A stretch of 62,794 nt of DNA, filler included, from 8 parts of 8 records of this genome joined end to end with filler, not necessarily neighbours in it, one strand, 5' to 3'. Positions 29,511 through 40,132 are shown, numbered from the whole stretch's first letter. The notes: generated by a model from the letters alone, not told the origin. Translations and numbers: made by a program.

Positions 29511-30251
29511 ATGATTTCAAAACACACGCTTACAGGAGCGACCACGTACACAGACAAACGAGTTTTTCAAGCTTGTAACGCATTGTTAGTTAAATGTTCA
29601 GACACGAACATTCCGACTGATGCAAAAATTGAAGTGACGTTAAATGACGGTTCAGGAGGTCAAAAGCTAATTCCTAACCTAAAAATGCACGACATTGCAG
29701 AAATCACTATGCAACGTTTCCCAGACGGACGCTACAGATTAAACGAATTGGTAATCCCAGTTTGTGACCTTGGAAACCTTGATTTGGGAGAAGATGCACA
29801 TTTGGTTGTTTCAGTTTCGGGATTAGAAGCCGCAAAAACTTACGAGTTAATTGCATTTACTTCTGCTCAGGGGAAAGTTTCTAACACGCCGCTTGTTTAT
29901 TCAAATAACACGGTAGCCGTAGGTAATAACAAAACCAGCATTCGCCCAATGCCTAACGCATTAATCGCATTTCCGAACAGTACTAAACTGGTTGAACTTT
30001 CGAAAACCTACGCTTCGCAAGGCGGCGCACCAGCCGTTACCGAAAGAATGGACTTGTCTATGATGCAGGCCGAAACCCGTTCAGGTATGGGAGATATTGC
30101 ACACGATGTAATATCAGCAGAACCCGTGATTTACGATTCGTACATTAACTGGCACGTTCGCCCAATGGCAGGCTTCAATTTGATTGAGCTTGATTTGGAT
30201 GAAACTGGTTACAACTACATTTTAGTAGAAAACGTTGCAATAAGTCTGTAA
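29511..30251 (+). CDS. Candidate double jelly-roll major capsid protein
   Basis: 246 aa, no signal peptide or TM, alternating hydrophobic beta-strands in two halves. KIEVTLND..QKLIPNLKMHDIAEI and LVIPVCDLGNLDLGEDAHLVVSVSG recall the first barrel of small DJR capsid proteins (pattern recognition only). Confidence 0.5.
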   Translation: MISKHTLTGATTYTDKRVFQACNALLVKCSDTNIPTDAKIEVTLNDGSGGQKLIPNLKMHDIAEITMQRFPDGRYRLNELVIPVCDLGNLDLGEDAHLVVSVSGLEAAKTYELIAFTSAQGKVSNTPLVYSNNTVAVGNNKTSIRPMPNALIAFPNSTKLVELSKTYASQGGAPAVTERMDLSMMQAETRSGMGDIAHDVISAEPVIYDSYINWHVRPMAGFNLIELDLDETGYNYILVENVAISL

Positions 30252-30272
30252 AACCCTTTAAACCTTTAAGAT

Positions 30273-31202
30273 ATGTCAATATTCAGTAAAATAGGTAAAG
30301 GGATTTCAAACACGGTTAAGGCCGTTGGTAAAGGCATCGGCAACGCTGCGGAATGGACTTGGGACAACAAAGGAAAAGTTCTTGGAACTGTTGCTGGTGT
30401 AGCAGGTGCAACCGTTGGACTGGGTGCAGTTGCGCCCGGGCTTGCGTCTGGAATTATCGACAAATTGGGCAATTCAAAAGTTGGTTCTGTTGTTGGTAAA
30501 GTAATGCAGTCGGGAGTTGTAATTAACTCGAAGATTAAAGACACTTTGGGCAAAAACGGACTTCCGACCGATGCACGAACAACGCAGGAAATGAGCGACT
30601 ACATAAAGTCGGAGGTTGAGCGTAAAGGCTTAACCGCGATTGAATCCAAAACACTTGGAAGCAATCACTCCATTCTGCAAACCATCGGGCAAAAATTGCC
30701 AACTTACGTACAGGAAGCAGGCGAACTTTTTGGAATTAATACAACCAATCCCGAGTATTCGCAAGCAACCATACAGGCACAGGCAGCGGCCAGTGCTTCC
30801 AGCGGTTTAGGCATGGCAGGTCTTGCAATGTCTCAGGCTAACCAAATGATGGCTTTTACAGCTGCCAACAGCAAAAACCAAAGCTCTAACGAATCGGCAA
30901 TTGATAAGCTAATTGCTATGAAAATGCTCGATTCGAATACACAGCAGAACCAACCCGAAAAGGAATCATTCATTGAAAAAATGATGATGATGAAAGAGTT
31001 GAACAAGCAGGACACGCCAGCTATTCAGCCACAAACAACGGCACAAATGCAGGCTTTCCAACAGGTTCAAGCTGATTTAAACCAGACTAAACTTGAAATG
31101 GCGATGGATAAAAACAACCCAAACAAAGTACTTTACATTATTGGGGTTGGAATCGCAGTTTTAGGTACAATTTTCGCAATTATTTTTTCCAAAAAACGCT
31201 AA
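30273..31202 (+). CDS. Gly/Ala/Gln-rich protein with amphipathic N-terminus and C-terminal membrane anchor (candidate virion membrane / DNA-pilot protein)
   Basis: MSIFSKIGKGISNTVKAVGKGIG amphipathic start, Gly/Ala hydrophobic stretch, C-terminal KVLYIIGVGIAVLGTIFAIIFSKKR. Confidence 0.55.
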   Translation: MSIFSKIGKGISNTVKAVGKGIGNAAEWTWDNKGKVLGTVAGVAGATVGLGAVAPGLASGIIDKLGNSKVGSVVGKVMQSGVVINSKIKDTLGKNGLPTDARTTQEMSDYIKSEVERKGLTAIESKTLGSNHSILQTIGQKLPTYVQEAGELFGINTTNPEYSQATIQAQAAASASSGLGMAGLAMSQANQMMAFTAANSKNQSSNESAIDKLIAMKMLDSNTQQNQPEKESFIEKMMMMKELNKQDTPAIQPQTTAQMQAFQQVQADLNQTKLEMAMDKNNPNKVLYIIGVGIAVLGTIFAIIFSKKR

Positions 31203-31206
31203 TAAA

Positions 31207-31309
31207 ATGCAGTACAAATTTCAACAGATTATAGCCTTTGTAAAGGCAAACGCCCTAAAAGTTGCAGGGGGAGCAGTCGTTTTAATCGGCTTGGTAGTTG
31301 CAGCAAAAA
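31207..31309 (+). CDS. Membrane protein, 3' truncated (not in the ORF track)
   Basis: ATG 4 nt after the previous stop: MQYKFQQIIAFVKANALKVAGGAVVLIGLVVAAK, open to the contig edge. Confidence 0.6.
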
Positions 31310-31409
31310 NNNNNNNNNNNNNNNNNNNNNNNNNNNNNNNNNNNNNNNNNNNNTTAATTAATTAANNNNNNNNNNNNNNNNNNNNNNNNNNNNNNNNNNN
31401 NNNNNNNNN
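31310..31409. other. Artificial contig linker
   Basis: 44 N + TTAATTAATTAA + 44 N. Confidence 0.98.
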
Positions 31410-31437
31410 AAAAACGAACCTCATTAAAATTCTATTT

Positions 31438-32871
31438 ATGAATAAAATATTTCTTTTCATCATAATAAGTATCGGCATAGTTTCCTGTTCTTCTCCTACA
31501 AAAAAGCAAAAACAAGCACCCGGGCAGCAATACATAATGATAGATGCCAAAACCCGTGTTTACCACGATGATGGCACCCGGACCTACAGAGAATACAAAC
31601 CTTTTAAAACGCGTACGCTTGAAAATCTGGCAGGATATCAATCGCCAAAAGAAATACCACAGTTAAGCAAATACGGTGGTATTACAAGTATGAAAGAGGA
31701 CGTAACCGGCTTTTTCCATGTTAAAAAAATTGGCAACCGCTGGTGGGGAATCGATCCGCTTGGTTACAGGTACGTTAATGTGGCATTAAACAGCCTAACG
31801 TCAAAAGGCTCTGAAGGGATGAAACAAGCTCTTAATGAAAAATTTGGTTCAAAGAAAAACTGGATGAAAGAGACCATTGATATGTTACATGTTCATGGTT
31901 TTAATTGTGCAGGTTCATGGTCCGATCATGAGGCAATTATTGAATACAATCTTACGGCTGAACGCCCATTGGCCTACACCATCAACTGGAATTTTATGAG
32001 CAGTTACGGACGGAAACGTGGAGGAACTTATCAGCAAGCCGGGCATATTGGTTATCCCCAAAATGCCATTTTTGTGTTCGACCCTGCGTTTGAAACCTTT
32101 TGCGACGAACATGCCAAACAGCTGGTAGCTTATAAAGACGATCCTAATCTTTTTGGGTATTTTTCAGATAACGAAATGCCATTTAAGTTTAAGGCAATCG
32201 ATAATTATTTGGCCCTACCCGAAAACGAAGCCGGGAAACTTGCCGCCGAAAACTGGCTAAAAGAACAGGGAATTACAAAAGATGAGATCACCGATGAACA
32301 CCGCGAAGAGTTTATGGCATTGGTAGGCGAGAAATATTTTTCAACGGTTTCAAAAGCCATTAAAAAATACGATCCCAACCACATGTACATTGGCGCACGT
32401 TTTTATAGTAACGAAAAACATCACGAGCAGTTTATGCGTGCTGCCGGTAAATACCTTGACATTATTTCAAATAACTATTACAACCACTGGACTCCCGATT
32501 CAGCACATGTGAAAGAATGGACAGAGTGGACCGGAAGACCTTTTATTGTTACCGAATATTATACCAAAGGCGAAGATTCGGGAATGGGAAATATAAGCGG
32601 AGCAGGATGGATTGTGCGCACCCAGGAAGACCGTGGCCTTTTCTATCAGAATTATAACCTGGCTTTGCTCGAATCGAAGAATTGCGTGGGCTGGCATTAT
32701 TTTAAATACATCGATAACGACCCAAATCAGAAAGGCGTTGACCCATCGAATGTAGATGCCAACAAAGGAATTGTAAGTAATCGTTATGTACCCTGGACTC
32801 CAATGTTGGATAAGATGAAAGAAATGAATACACAGGTTTATAATTTGGTGGAGCATTTCGATAAAAACTAA
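31438..32871 (+). CDS. GH50-related (agarase-like, clan GH-A) glycoside hydrolase lipoprotein
   Basis: Lipobox IVSC; GFFHVKKIGNRWWGIDPLG, GFNCAGSWS, GYFSDNE (acid/base), YDPNHMYIGARF, PFIVTEY (nucleophile), CVGWHYFKYID. Confidence 0.75.
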   Translation: MNKIFLFIIISIGIVSCSSPTKKQKQAPGQQYIMIDAKTRVYHDDGTRTYREYKPFKTRTLENLAGYQSPKEIPQLSKYGGITSMKEDVTGFFHVKKIGNRWWGIDPLGYRYVNVALNSLTSKGSEGMKQALNEKFGSKKNWMKETIDMLHVHGFNCAGSWSDHEAIIEYNLTAERPLAYTINWNFMSSYGRKRGGTYQQAGHIGYPQNAIFVFDPAFETFCDEHAKQLVAYKDDPNLFGYFSDNEMPFKFKAIDNYLALPENEAGKLAAENWLKEQGITKDEITDEHREEFMALVGEKYFSTVSKAIKKYDPNHMYIGARFYSNEKHHEQFMRAAGKYLDIISNNYYNHWTPDSAHVKEWTEWTGRPFIVTEYYTKGEDSGMGNISGAGWIVRTQEDRGLFYQNYNLALLESKNCVGWHYFKYIDNDPNQKGVDPSNVDANKGIVSNRYVPWTPMLDKMKEMNTQVYNLVEHFDKN

Positions 32872-32881
32872 AATAGCTGGT

Positions 32882-33654
32882 ATGTACAAACTACTCGTTA
32901 TGTTTGGATTGTGGTTAATTGCTTTTGTGGGTTTTGCACAGGAAAAGGCAGCAACTATTTCAAGCAATATGGACATTTATCTTTTAATTGGCCAATCGAA
33001 TATGGCAGGCAGAGCCTCAATTGAAGGAAGCGATAAAGATACCTTGCAAAATGTGTTTCTGTATACCGGAAACAGCGGTAGCGAATGGGAAAAGGCAGCG
33101 AATCCTTTAAACAAATATTCTACTATTCGTAAAGATATTAAAATGCAAAGGCTCGGACCGGGCTACCATTTTGCAAAAACAATGGTTGAAAAGAATACCG
33201 GTAAAACAATAGGTTTGGTAGTGAATGCCAAAGGAGGGACAAAGATAGAACAATGGGCACCTGGAACCGAGTTTTACACCGAGGCTGTTAAACGAACAAA
33301 AGCAGCATTAAAATACGGAACTCTTAAAGGTATTTTATGGCATCAGGGCGAAGGAAACTCGTCGAAATACCATAATATACGCCAAAAATTATTGAACTTA
33401 TTGAGGCACTGCGAAGCGATTTTGGTATTTTCGATTTGCCTTTTGTGGCAGGACAATTATCGAAAGATAAACCATACCGTAAAAAGTTCAACCGAATGAT
33501 TTTAAGGCTGCCTAAAACAATTGAGAATTGCGGTGTTGTTAAAACAAAAAAAACAAGCACCATCGACAATACACATTTCGATGCTGAAAGTCAGCGTTTA
33601 TTAGGTGAACGTTATGCCCGTAAAATGTCGGCAATTCAAGCCAAAAGAAACTAA
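32882..33654 (+). CDS. SGNH carbohydrate acetylesterase (SASA/CE6-like), frameshift near 33374
   Basis: LIGQSNMAG, LWHQGEGN; the second frame carries LPFVAGQL and the catalytic DNTHFD. Confidence 0.88.
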
Positions 33655-33723
33655 AATTGAAGGATATACTGCCCGTGAAAAGGCTACTCTGTAATTATTA
33701 AACCAATAAAGAACCTGACCAAA

Positions 33724-35979
33724 ATGAAAACCATAAAGTATCTCAAATTAATTTTTGTGGTAGTTTTTTGCCTTACTGTTTCACTACAAAAAAGTAAGGC
33801 AGGAAATATTATAGATACCACCGATTACCCCTACTGGAGAAAACTGGCAACCACTTCTGAAATGTTTGGAGCCATGAAAATCAGCGCTTTAGAAACCGCA
33901 AAAAAAGAAGGCAATAGCCGCGATGTTTTAGGGGCCAATGCTTTGGCCTATATTCTCGACCCGGATAATAAAACCACGTACATAGCCAATATTCAGAATA
34001 AATTCGAAACCAGAATAAAGACCATGAAAATCGGGACGGGAGCTGCGACTTCATCTGTTCCATCACATGAGCTGTTTTATGCGGTTTTGGCACTCGATGT
34101 TATCCGGTATGACCTGGAGCCTGCGATACTTTCAGAATATGAGGGCTGGCTTGAAGAGAAAATTATGGCATTATATATAGGAAAGTGGGATCCTCACGCC
34201 TGGGCTATGAGAATGCTGTATTACAAATACATAGGTGACGAAGCCAATTTTAAAGTGGCAAAAACAGAGTTTGATATAGGATTATCGGAACACTATATGC
34301 CGGATGATGGTGTTTCACCAGCTGGTAATGGATACTGTGTGCAACGGTGGAATTCCATTGAACGAGCCGCTAAAAATACCACGCCAGATATAATGGAATA
34401 TATGGGCTACAACGAATATTATAGTAATCCGGGTATCATTGGGCTAAAAGAGTTTATGTATGGTTATGCAAGCTCTCCTTTTGGACGAATTTTACTTTAT
34501 GGCGATTCGCGCAACACCGAAGGTCAGAGGGCTTGGGATATTGAGGATGAAACTATTATTTTGTCTCCCCACATTGTTTCAGCTGCTCGTTATTCGCCAG
34601 AAGCCCACAAATATGCTATGTGGATATTACGCGAAGGTGCTGGTGTTTCTAATGGTATTGTAAAGGGGCACTTGCCAAATTACTTAATTATGGCTGGAAC
34701 AGCGGCAAATAATAACCCCATAGAATTTAATACTGATGATGCAGAATTGGCTCCCAGCCGATTATTCGAAAATTATGCAGCTTTAAAATCCAAAGAACAG
34801 TCAACCAACGCGCTTTATATGAGCATGTATAATCTAACAGGTAATACAGAATACCATACCCATTATGAAGTCAACGCACTGGCCATGGCTGGATATGGAG
34901 AAACTTTACTGCGCAATGCTGGGTACAATGGACCCAACGTGGATGTGACGATAGACGGGGTAACAGCTACTTTCGATTTCATGCATTCCAATTCAGAATC
35001 TGCGAATACCTTGATGATAGGAGGAGAAAGACATTCATCAAAAGAAGGTGATGGTATTATCGAAGGATTTGTTGGTCAGGATGTTGAATATTTCAGAGGT
35101 TCCAGTTCAGAGGCCATCGCAGGAACTCACCTTAGAGATGTTGTTTTTGTACAACCATCGAATGGTGTTAACGGCTACTATGTGGTGATGGACCATGTAA
35201 CCACAGACAATGCCAAAGATAATGTTAATGTAGTGTGGCATCCCAATTCCGCAACTTTAAATACAATTCAAAACGCGACAGAATACTTTTCTGAAATAAA
35301 AATAGAAAAAGGAAATACAGGGCCTATCCTGTATTCTAAAAATGAAGTTAATTTGACTACTTTTTTAGGAACAGCTCCAACCTCAGTAGAAATAAAAAGA
35401 ACCGCAAATCAGGCCAAGTCAGGATATGGTTTTGCCGGGGATTATATGTATGCCAATTATAACACAAGCAACCAGCAAGCCAATATTCTTACCGTTTTCT
35501 TTCCGGGAGATAAGACCCATGAAACAGGAGATTTAACAAGAATTGTATCTGGCGATTATACCGGTAGTGAAATTACTCAAGAACAGGTGGTGGATGTAGC
35601 TCTTACATCTGGAGGTACAACCTCCGGAACAAATGAAACGGAATCTTTTCAAGGTGAAAATGTGGTTTACAGGAAGTTTGCCGGAAAGTTGGTTTCTTAT
35701 TTTGTTAAAGGAACATCATTAAAATCAGGACAGGATATTCAAACAGGTTTTAAATCGGATGCCCCGGTTGCTCTATATATGAATACTGCAATTGATGGTA
35801 AAGGAATTAGTGGTCAAATTATTTCTTCAGGAACCAACGTGACCTTTTACGCTCCTGGAATTTCAGCAGTACGATTAGAAGGAAGAAAAATTCCTGTTGA
35901 TATTTCTGAACCGAATTGTGTCGGTGTTACCATTCCTAAAGGAGCATATAAAATTGAGTTATTGATAAAATTAAAGTGA
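33724..35979 (+). CDS. Secreted polysaccharide-lyase-like protein (heparinase II/III-like C-terminal fold)
   Basis: Signal peptide, helical N-half, YGDS, HTHYEVNAL (HxH.D-like), SANTLMIGG, RDVVFV...YYVVMDHV. Confidence 0.6.
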   Translation: MKTIKYLKLIFVVVFCLTVSLQKSKAGNIIDTTDYPYWRKLATTSEMFGAMKISALETAKKEGNSRDVLGANALAYILDPDNKTTYIANIQNKFETRIKTMKIGTGAATSSVPSHELFYAVLALDVIRYDLEPAILSEYEGWLEEKIMALYIGKWDPHAWAMRMLYYKYIGDEANFKVAKTEFDIGLSEHYMPDDGVSPAGNGYCVQRWNSIERAAKNTTPDIMEYMGYNEYYSNPGIIGLKEFMYGYASSPFGRILLYGDSRNTEGQRAWDIEDETIILSPHIVSAARYSPEAHKYAMWILREGAGVSNGIVKGHLPNYLIMAGTAANNNPIEFNTDDAELAPSRLFENYAALKSKEQSTNALYMSMYNLTGNTEYHTHYEVNALAMAGYGETLLRNAGYNGPNVDVTIDGVTATFDFMHSNSESANTLMIGGERHSSKEGDGIIEGFVGQDVEYFRGSSSEAIAGTHLRDVVFVQPSNGVNGYYVVMDHVTTDNAKDNVNVVWHPNSATLNTIQNATEYFSEIKIEKGNTGPILYSKNEVNLTTFLGTAPTSVEIKRTANQAKSGYGFAGDYMYANYNTSNQQANILTVFFPGDKTHETGDLTRIVSGDYTGSEITQEQVVDVALTSGGTTSGTNETESFQGENVVYRKFAGKLVSYFVKGTSLKSGQDIQTGFKSDAPVALYMNTAIDGKGISGQIISSGTNVTFYAPGISAVRLEGRKIPVDISEPNCVGVTIPKGAYKIELLIKLK

Positions 35980-36066
35980 TTTGAAAAATCAGTTCTATAT
36001 TTCAAGAAAATGCAGGAAATAAGTTAGAGTTATTCAAAGGAATAAAATCAACAAAAAAACTAAAGC

Positions 36067-37923
36067 ATGAGAAATTTATTAAATCCAATTGCGATTACGC
36101 CCATTTTTATTGTGTTTATTTTTTTAAATACCAGCTTTGCTCAGGTATCTAATTTTGAACATGTTCCCCTGGTCCACCCTGGTATTTTAATGACTGGAGA
36201 ACAACTTGACTTGATGAGGGACAGAATTAAAAATGGAATTGAACCACAAAAGTCTGCTTATGAATCGCTCAAAAAGGACTCCAGGGCCTTGACGAGTTAC
36301 AAACCCGATCCTAAATCTTTTATTAATAGGGGGCCCAGTGGCAGACCCAATATCAATTGGCCTGAAGCTGAAAAAGATGCCCAGGCCTGCTGGGTCCAGG
36401 CTTTAATGTGGTATGTCACTAAAGAAGAAGTGCATGCTGAAAATGTAATGAACATTATGGAAGCCTGGGGGAGATCTTTAAAAGAGATTAAAGGATCTGA
36501 TAAAGATCTAATGATCGGATTGATGGGCACCATGTTTATGCGGGGTGCAGAAATTGTAAAACACACCTATCCGAAATGGAGACCAGAAACAGAATCGATA
36601 TTTATGGATATGTACGACAAATTGTTTATGCCTACGTTGATGAAACGTGTAGAGCACGAAAACAACTGGATGTCCTCTATTACCGAATCACTTATGGCGA
36701 CTGCAATTTTCAAGGATGATCCGGAACTCTTTGATTTAGCACTCTACCGTCTCAAAATCTACCTGCCAACTAATATACCCTTTGAAAACGGCCAGCCAGC
36801 TGAATTATATCGGGATCTCGCTCATACCCAGCAGGGAATCGGGCCTTTAGTACAAGCAGCGGAAATAGCCAGGAATCAGGGGATAGATGCCTACGCATGG
36901 CTGGACAACCGTCTGCCCGCCGGAATTGAATTTTTAGGAGAAATTATAGATACAATCAAAACAAAACAATCGGGATTTAAAAAAACCTCACCTTTCCCTA
37001 TGGGCTGGGAAATCGCATATAACCATTATAAATACCGAATGGGAATAGATATGCCATGGACGAAAAATTTAGTAAAAAAAGTACGACCGGAGGGTTTGAG
37101 GAGGCACACCTCCCTGGGCACATTAACAAAAGGCGAAATGGATAAAGACAGACCCGAAGCCATCTCCCACTGGCGCTTACCCATCGCTTATACAGGAGCA
37201 TCGTATTCACACCAATTAAAAAGATACGGCTGCGCATCGCCGGTAACATGGGTTCAAGATGCTAATACAACCATTCCTTCAGTGTTGAATATCAGTTCTA
37301 ACGGACAGGTAAGTGGCAATGTCGAAGCAGACCCGGGGGTATATAAGATTATCTTAAAAAGTTCCGGTGCTTCCTGTGATACTCTTTCAACCACATATTA
37401 TTTGCCTGTTAAAAACCTGCTTCCTGCAGCAGAAGTAAAAGATATTTATCCTGGTCTTTGGTATGAATACCGAATCCCTCATTTTGACACTGATCCTGGT
37501 CTAAATTCCTTTCAGAGCATTGCCGCAGGCAGTACTCCCACCTTCAGCTTTTCAGTTGCCAAAGATGAAAAGTATGCCATCCGGTTTTCCGGTTACCTGG
37601 ACGTTCCCGTTGACGGTGCATACAGTTTTCAGGTGGGCACGGAAAACCAGTCACGTCTTTATATTGATGACCAGCTTGTGGTGGATCATTGGATGCGTGA
37701 CAATCGGGCCAGGATAGTCTGGGATGACTTTGACTCTGAATTGGGATTGAAGTCCGGCAAACATAAGATTGTTCTCATTGTAAACAACGGCAATTATAAA
37801 AGAGGTAATCTATATGGAGAATTTCCTTCTATGCGCAACCTATTCGAAGTTCGTTGGAAAATTCCCGGTGCTAGCAGTCATGTTTCCATTCCCCGGTCAG
37901 CACTGTTTAATCCTGTAAATTGA
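36067..37923 (+). CDS. Alginate-lyase-family (alpha/alpha toroid) protein with Ig-like and PA14 domains
   Basis: HPGIL, ENNW, ELYRDLAHTQQG, WEIAYNHY; C-terminal FSGYLDVPVDGAYSF...RLYIDDQLVVDH...LKSGKHKI is PA14. Confidence 0.75.
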   Translation: MRNLLNPIAITPIFIVFIFLNTSFAQVSNFEHVPLVHPGILMTGEQLDLMRDRIKNGIEPQKSAYESLKKDSRALTSYKPDPKSFINRGPSGRPNINWPEAEKDAQACWVQALMWYVTKEEVHAENVMNIMEAWGRSLKEIKGSDKDLMIGLMGTMFMRGAEIVKHTYPKWRPETESIFMDMYDKLFMPTLMKRVEHENNWMSSITESLMATAIFKDDPELFDLALYRLKIYLPTNIPFENGQPAELYRDLAHTQQGIGPLVQAAEIARNQGIDAYAWLDNRLPAGIEFLGEIIDTIKTKQSGFKKTSPFPMGWEIAYNHYKYRMGIDMPWTKNLVKKVRPEGLRRHTSLGTLTKGEMDKDRPEAISHWRLPIAYTGASYSHQLKRYGCASPVTWVQDANTTIPSVLNISSNGQVSGNVEADPGVYKIILKSSGASCDTLSTTYYLPVKNLLPAAEVKDIYPGLWYEYRIPHFDTDPGLNSFQSIAAGSTPTFSFSVAKDEKYAIRFSGYLDVPVDGAYSFQVGTENQSRLYIDDQLVVDHWMRDNRARIVWDDFDSELGLKSGKHKIVLIVNNGNYKRGNLYGEFPSMRNLFEVRWKIPGASSHVSIPRSALFNPVN

Positions 37924-37963
37924 TTTAAAACAAATGAATTAGACATTATTAACACTAACTAAA

Positions 37964-40122
37964 ATGGAAAGAAGAGAATTTACAAAATTAGGTTTATTTG
38001 CATCTGGAGCGTTTATATTACCCTTGGGTTGTACGATGAATTCGACACCAATAGTTGGTGGTGATGAAAAGCTATTCCTGAATGAGCAGGATTTTGAACG
38101 AATAAGAGAAAATATAAAGCGTTTTGACTGGGCGAAGAAACGCTTTGAAGTACTAAAAAATACTATTTCTGGGTCTGAAGATGAATATTTCGAAAATCAC
38201 TGGAAGGGGAGCTGGCGCCAATGGTCAACGGGTCAATATTTGAAATATATAGCCATACATTACAGGCTGACAGGTGACGAAACAAAGCTGGTTCAGATTA
38301 AGGAACATCTGATAAATGAATTTAAGTTGGACCAGATGGGAGTCCCCTATAATAAATTAGGCCTGCCTGCCAACAAGCAAATCTGGTCATGGGGAATGTC
38401 TAGAATGAATTATTTCTGGGCATGGGACATGGTTAAGAACCATCCACTGATGAGCTCTGTCAAAGATGCCTTAATGATCCGTTTTGAAGAGATTACCCAG
38501 CAGTATTTTCAATACGAAGACAAACTTATTGGGCGATTGGGGAATACTCAGTTTTGGGGTATTGCAGCAATGGGTGTTATGGGATTTTTAACATCAAACG
38601 AAGAAGCTATTGATCGTTCCATTAACGGAAAATTTGGCTTGAAAACTGCGCTTGAAAATAAATTGCGGGATGGAAAGTTCTGGCCCGAACCAACAAATTA
38701 CTCCATTCACTACGTATTGTGTGCGATGAGTTTATTGGCTGAAGCTGCAAGGGTAAATGAATATGATGATTTATACCATTATGTATCTCCAAGTGGAGGC
38801 TCTATAAAAGGCTTGATTGATGGATGGTTTGAACTCTGCTATCCGCAAGGTTTGGTAGCCTCCAATGGCGATGCTGCTTATCGTGCCATCAAAAACTCAA
38901 ATGGAGAAATAGTTAGAAATAAATACAGTGGCGCACATCTGTTTAACGATCCATCGGATCGCGTGGTAAACAAATTTGAGATATTTTATAAAGTTTATAA
39001 AGACCCAAAATATGCTTGGATAATTAACAAACAAAAAGAGCGTTTTTGCTTAGATGTGACCGTGTGGGGCGACAATACCCTTATTTATGGAGTACCTCTG
39101 GAAAACGAAGACGTTCCATCTTTTCAGAGCGCTGTATTTCCAGAGCATGGATACGCCATAATCAGTACCGTTGAGGGGAAAGATTATTGGGACGGAAAAA
39201 ATAATGTCTTACATGTTCGAAACGGAAATACCACGCAATACCACGGAAACGACGATCCTTTCCATATCAATCTTTTTGTAAAAGGAAAGATGATATATCT
39301 TGATTGGGATTTAAGCTGGAACTATTTGGCACCAAAACCATCGAGAGGCAGGCGTAATAAAACTCCAATTTCTCATTTTAGCCTAGGTCACAATACGGTT
39401 GTGGTGGATAAAAAAGGGCCAGACAGGAAAAGATACCAATTGCGTCAGGCTGATGAGGAGTTTAGCGATATCATTTTTTCGGATATCGTAAGCAGTGGCC
39501 GTATGAAATCTATCGCTCTTGAGGGATCGATTTATAAAGGGGTAAAGCAAAAACGAATGCTTGGTATTACGCCCGACTATCTTCTGGAAATATTTGATTG
39601 CAGCAGTGATGATATGCACACGTACGACTACATTTTGCATAACGAAGGGGATTTTGAATTCTATACCAATATAGATCTAGAAGATTATAACGATTTTAAT
39701 GAGGACTATAAACTAGAACCTATCGATTCTGAATCAAAAGGAGAAGGGAATTCTTGGCTAAGAAAAGGCAAAAAAGGTCTTGTACAGGAATCTTGGCAAG
39801 GTGGTTTTACCGACAAAGATGAAAAACGTGTCAGATTAGATGTTGGAGGCGAGGAAGGGACCGAGGTTTTTGTTACAAACACCCCGATGGTTGTCGGCAA
39901 TGGATGGGACGAAACACCTGATAACTTAAAAAGAGTCACCAAGCCAATGCTCATTATCAGAAGGATATGTAAATCAACCAAATTCATTGTGGTACATCAA
40001 CTAACAAATCTGGATAAACCGTTTAAGGTGAATAGGGGGAGAATAAAATTGAGATTATTGCAGAAGATTATTCGGACACGATAGAACTAAAAGGTGATAG
40101 TATGTTACTGACATCAAAATAA
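37964..40122 (+). CDS. Heparinase II/III-like polysaccharide lyase, Tat-type lipoprotein signal (probable frameshift at G5, 40035-40039)
   Basis: MERREFTK...PLGC signal; GNTQFW, GKFWPEPTNY, NGD, YHGNDD, GHNTVVVD. The alternative frame ENKIEIIAEDYSDTIELKGDSMLLTSK* ends at 40122, next to the following gene. Confidence 0.7.
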
Positions 40123-40132
40123 ATGCCTTATT

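Larger units (their letters stand above)
28936..31309. mobile_element. Left end of a putative small tailless provirus (double jelly-roll capsid type), truncated by the contig end
   Basis: dif-like boundary, divergent small basic ORF, then a tight operon of a beta-rich 246-aa capsid-like protein and two membrane-associated structural-type proteins; no housekeeping motifs. Confidence 0.55.

Noticed and set aside
28936-31309. Inovirus, microvirus or tailed prophage
   Set aside because: No Zot ATPase or ~50-aa coat proteins, the capsid candidate is far shorter than a microvirus VP1, and no terminase, portal or integrase is visible. The element is truncated, so this is provisional.
31207-32871. 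Link between the provirus candidate and the downstream glycan-degradation genes
   Set aside because: They are separated by an artificial linker and belong to different contigs.
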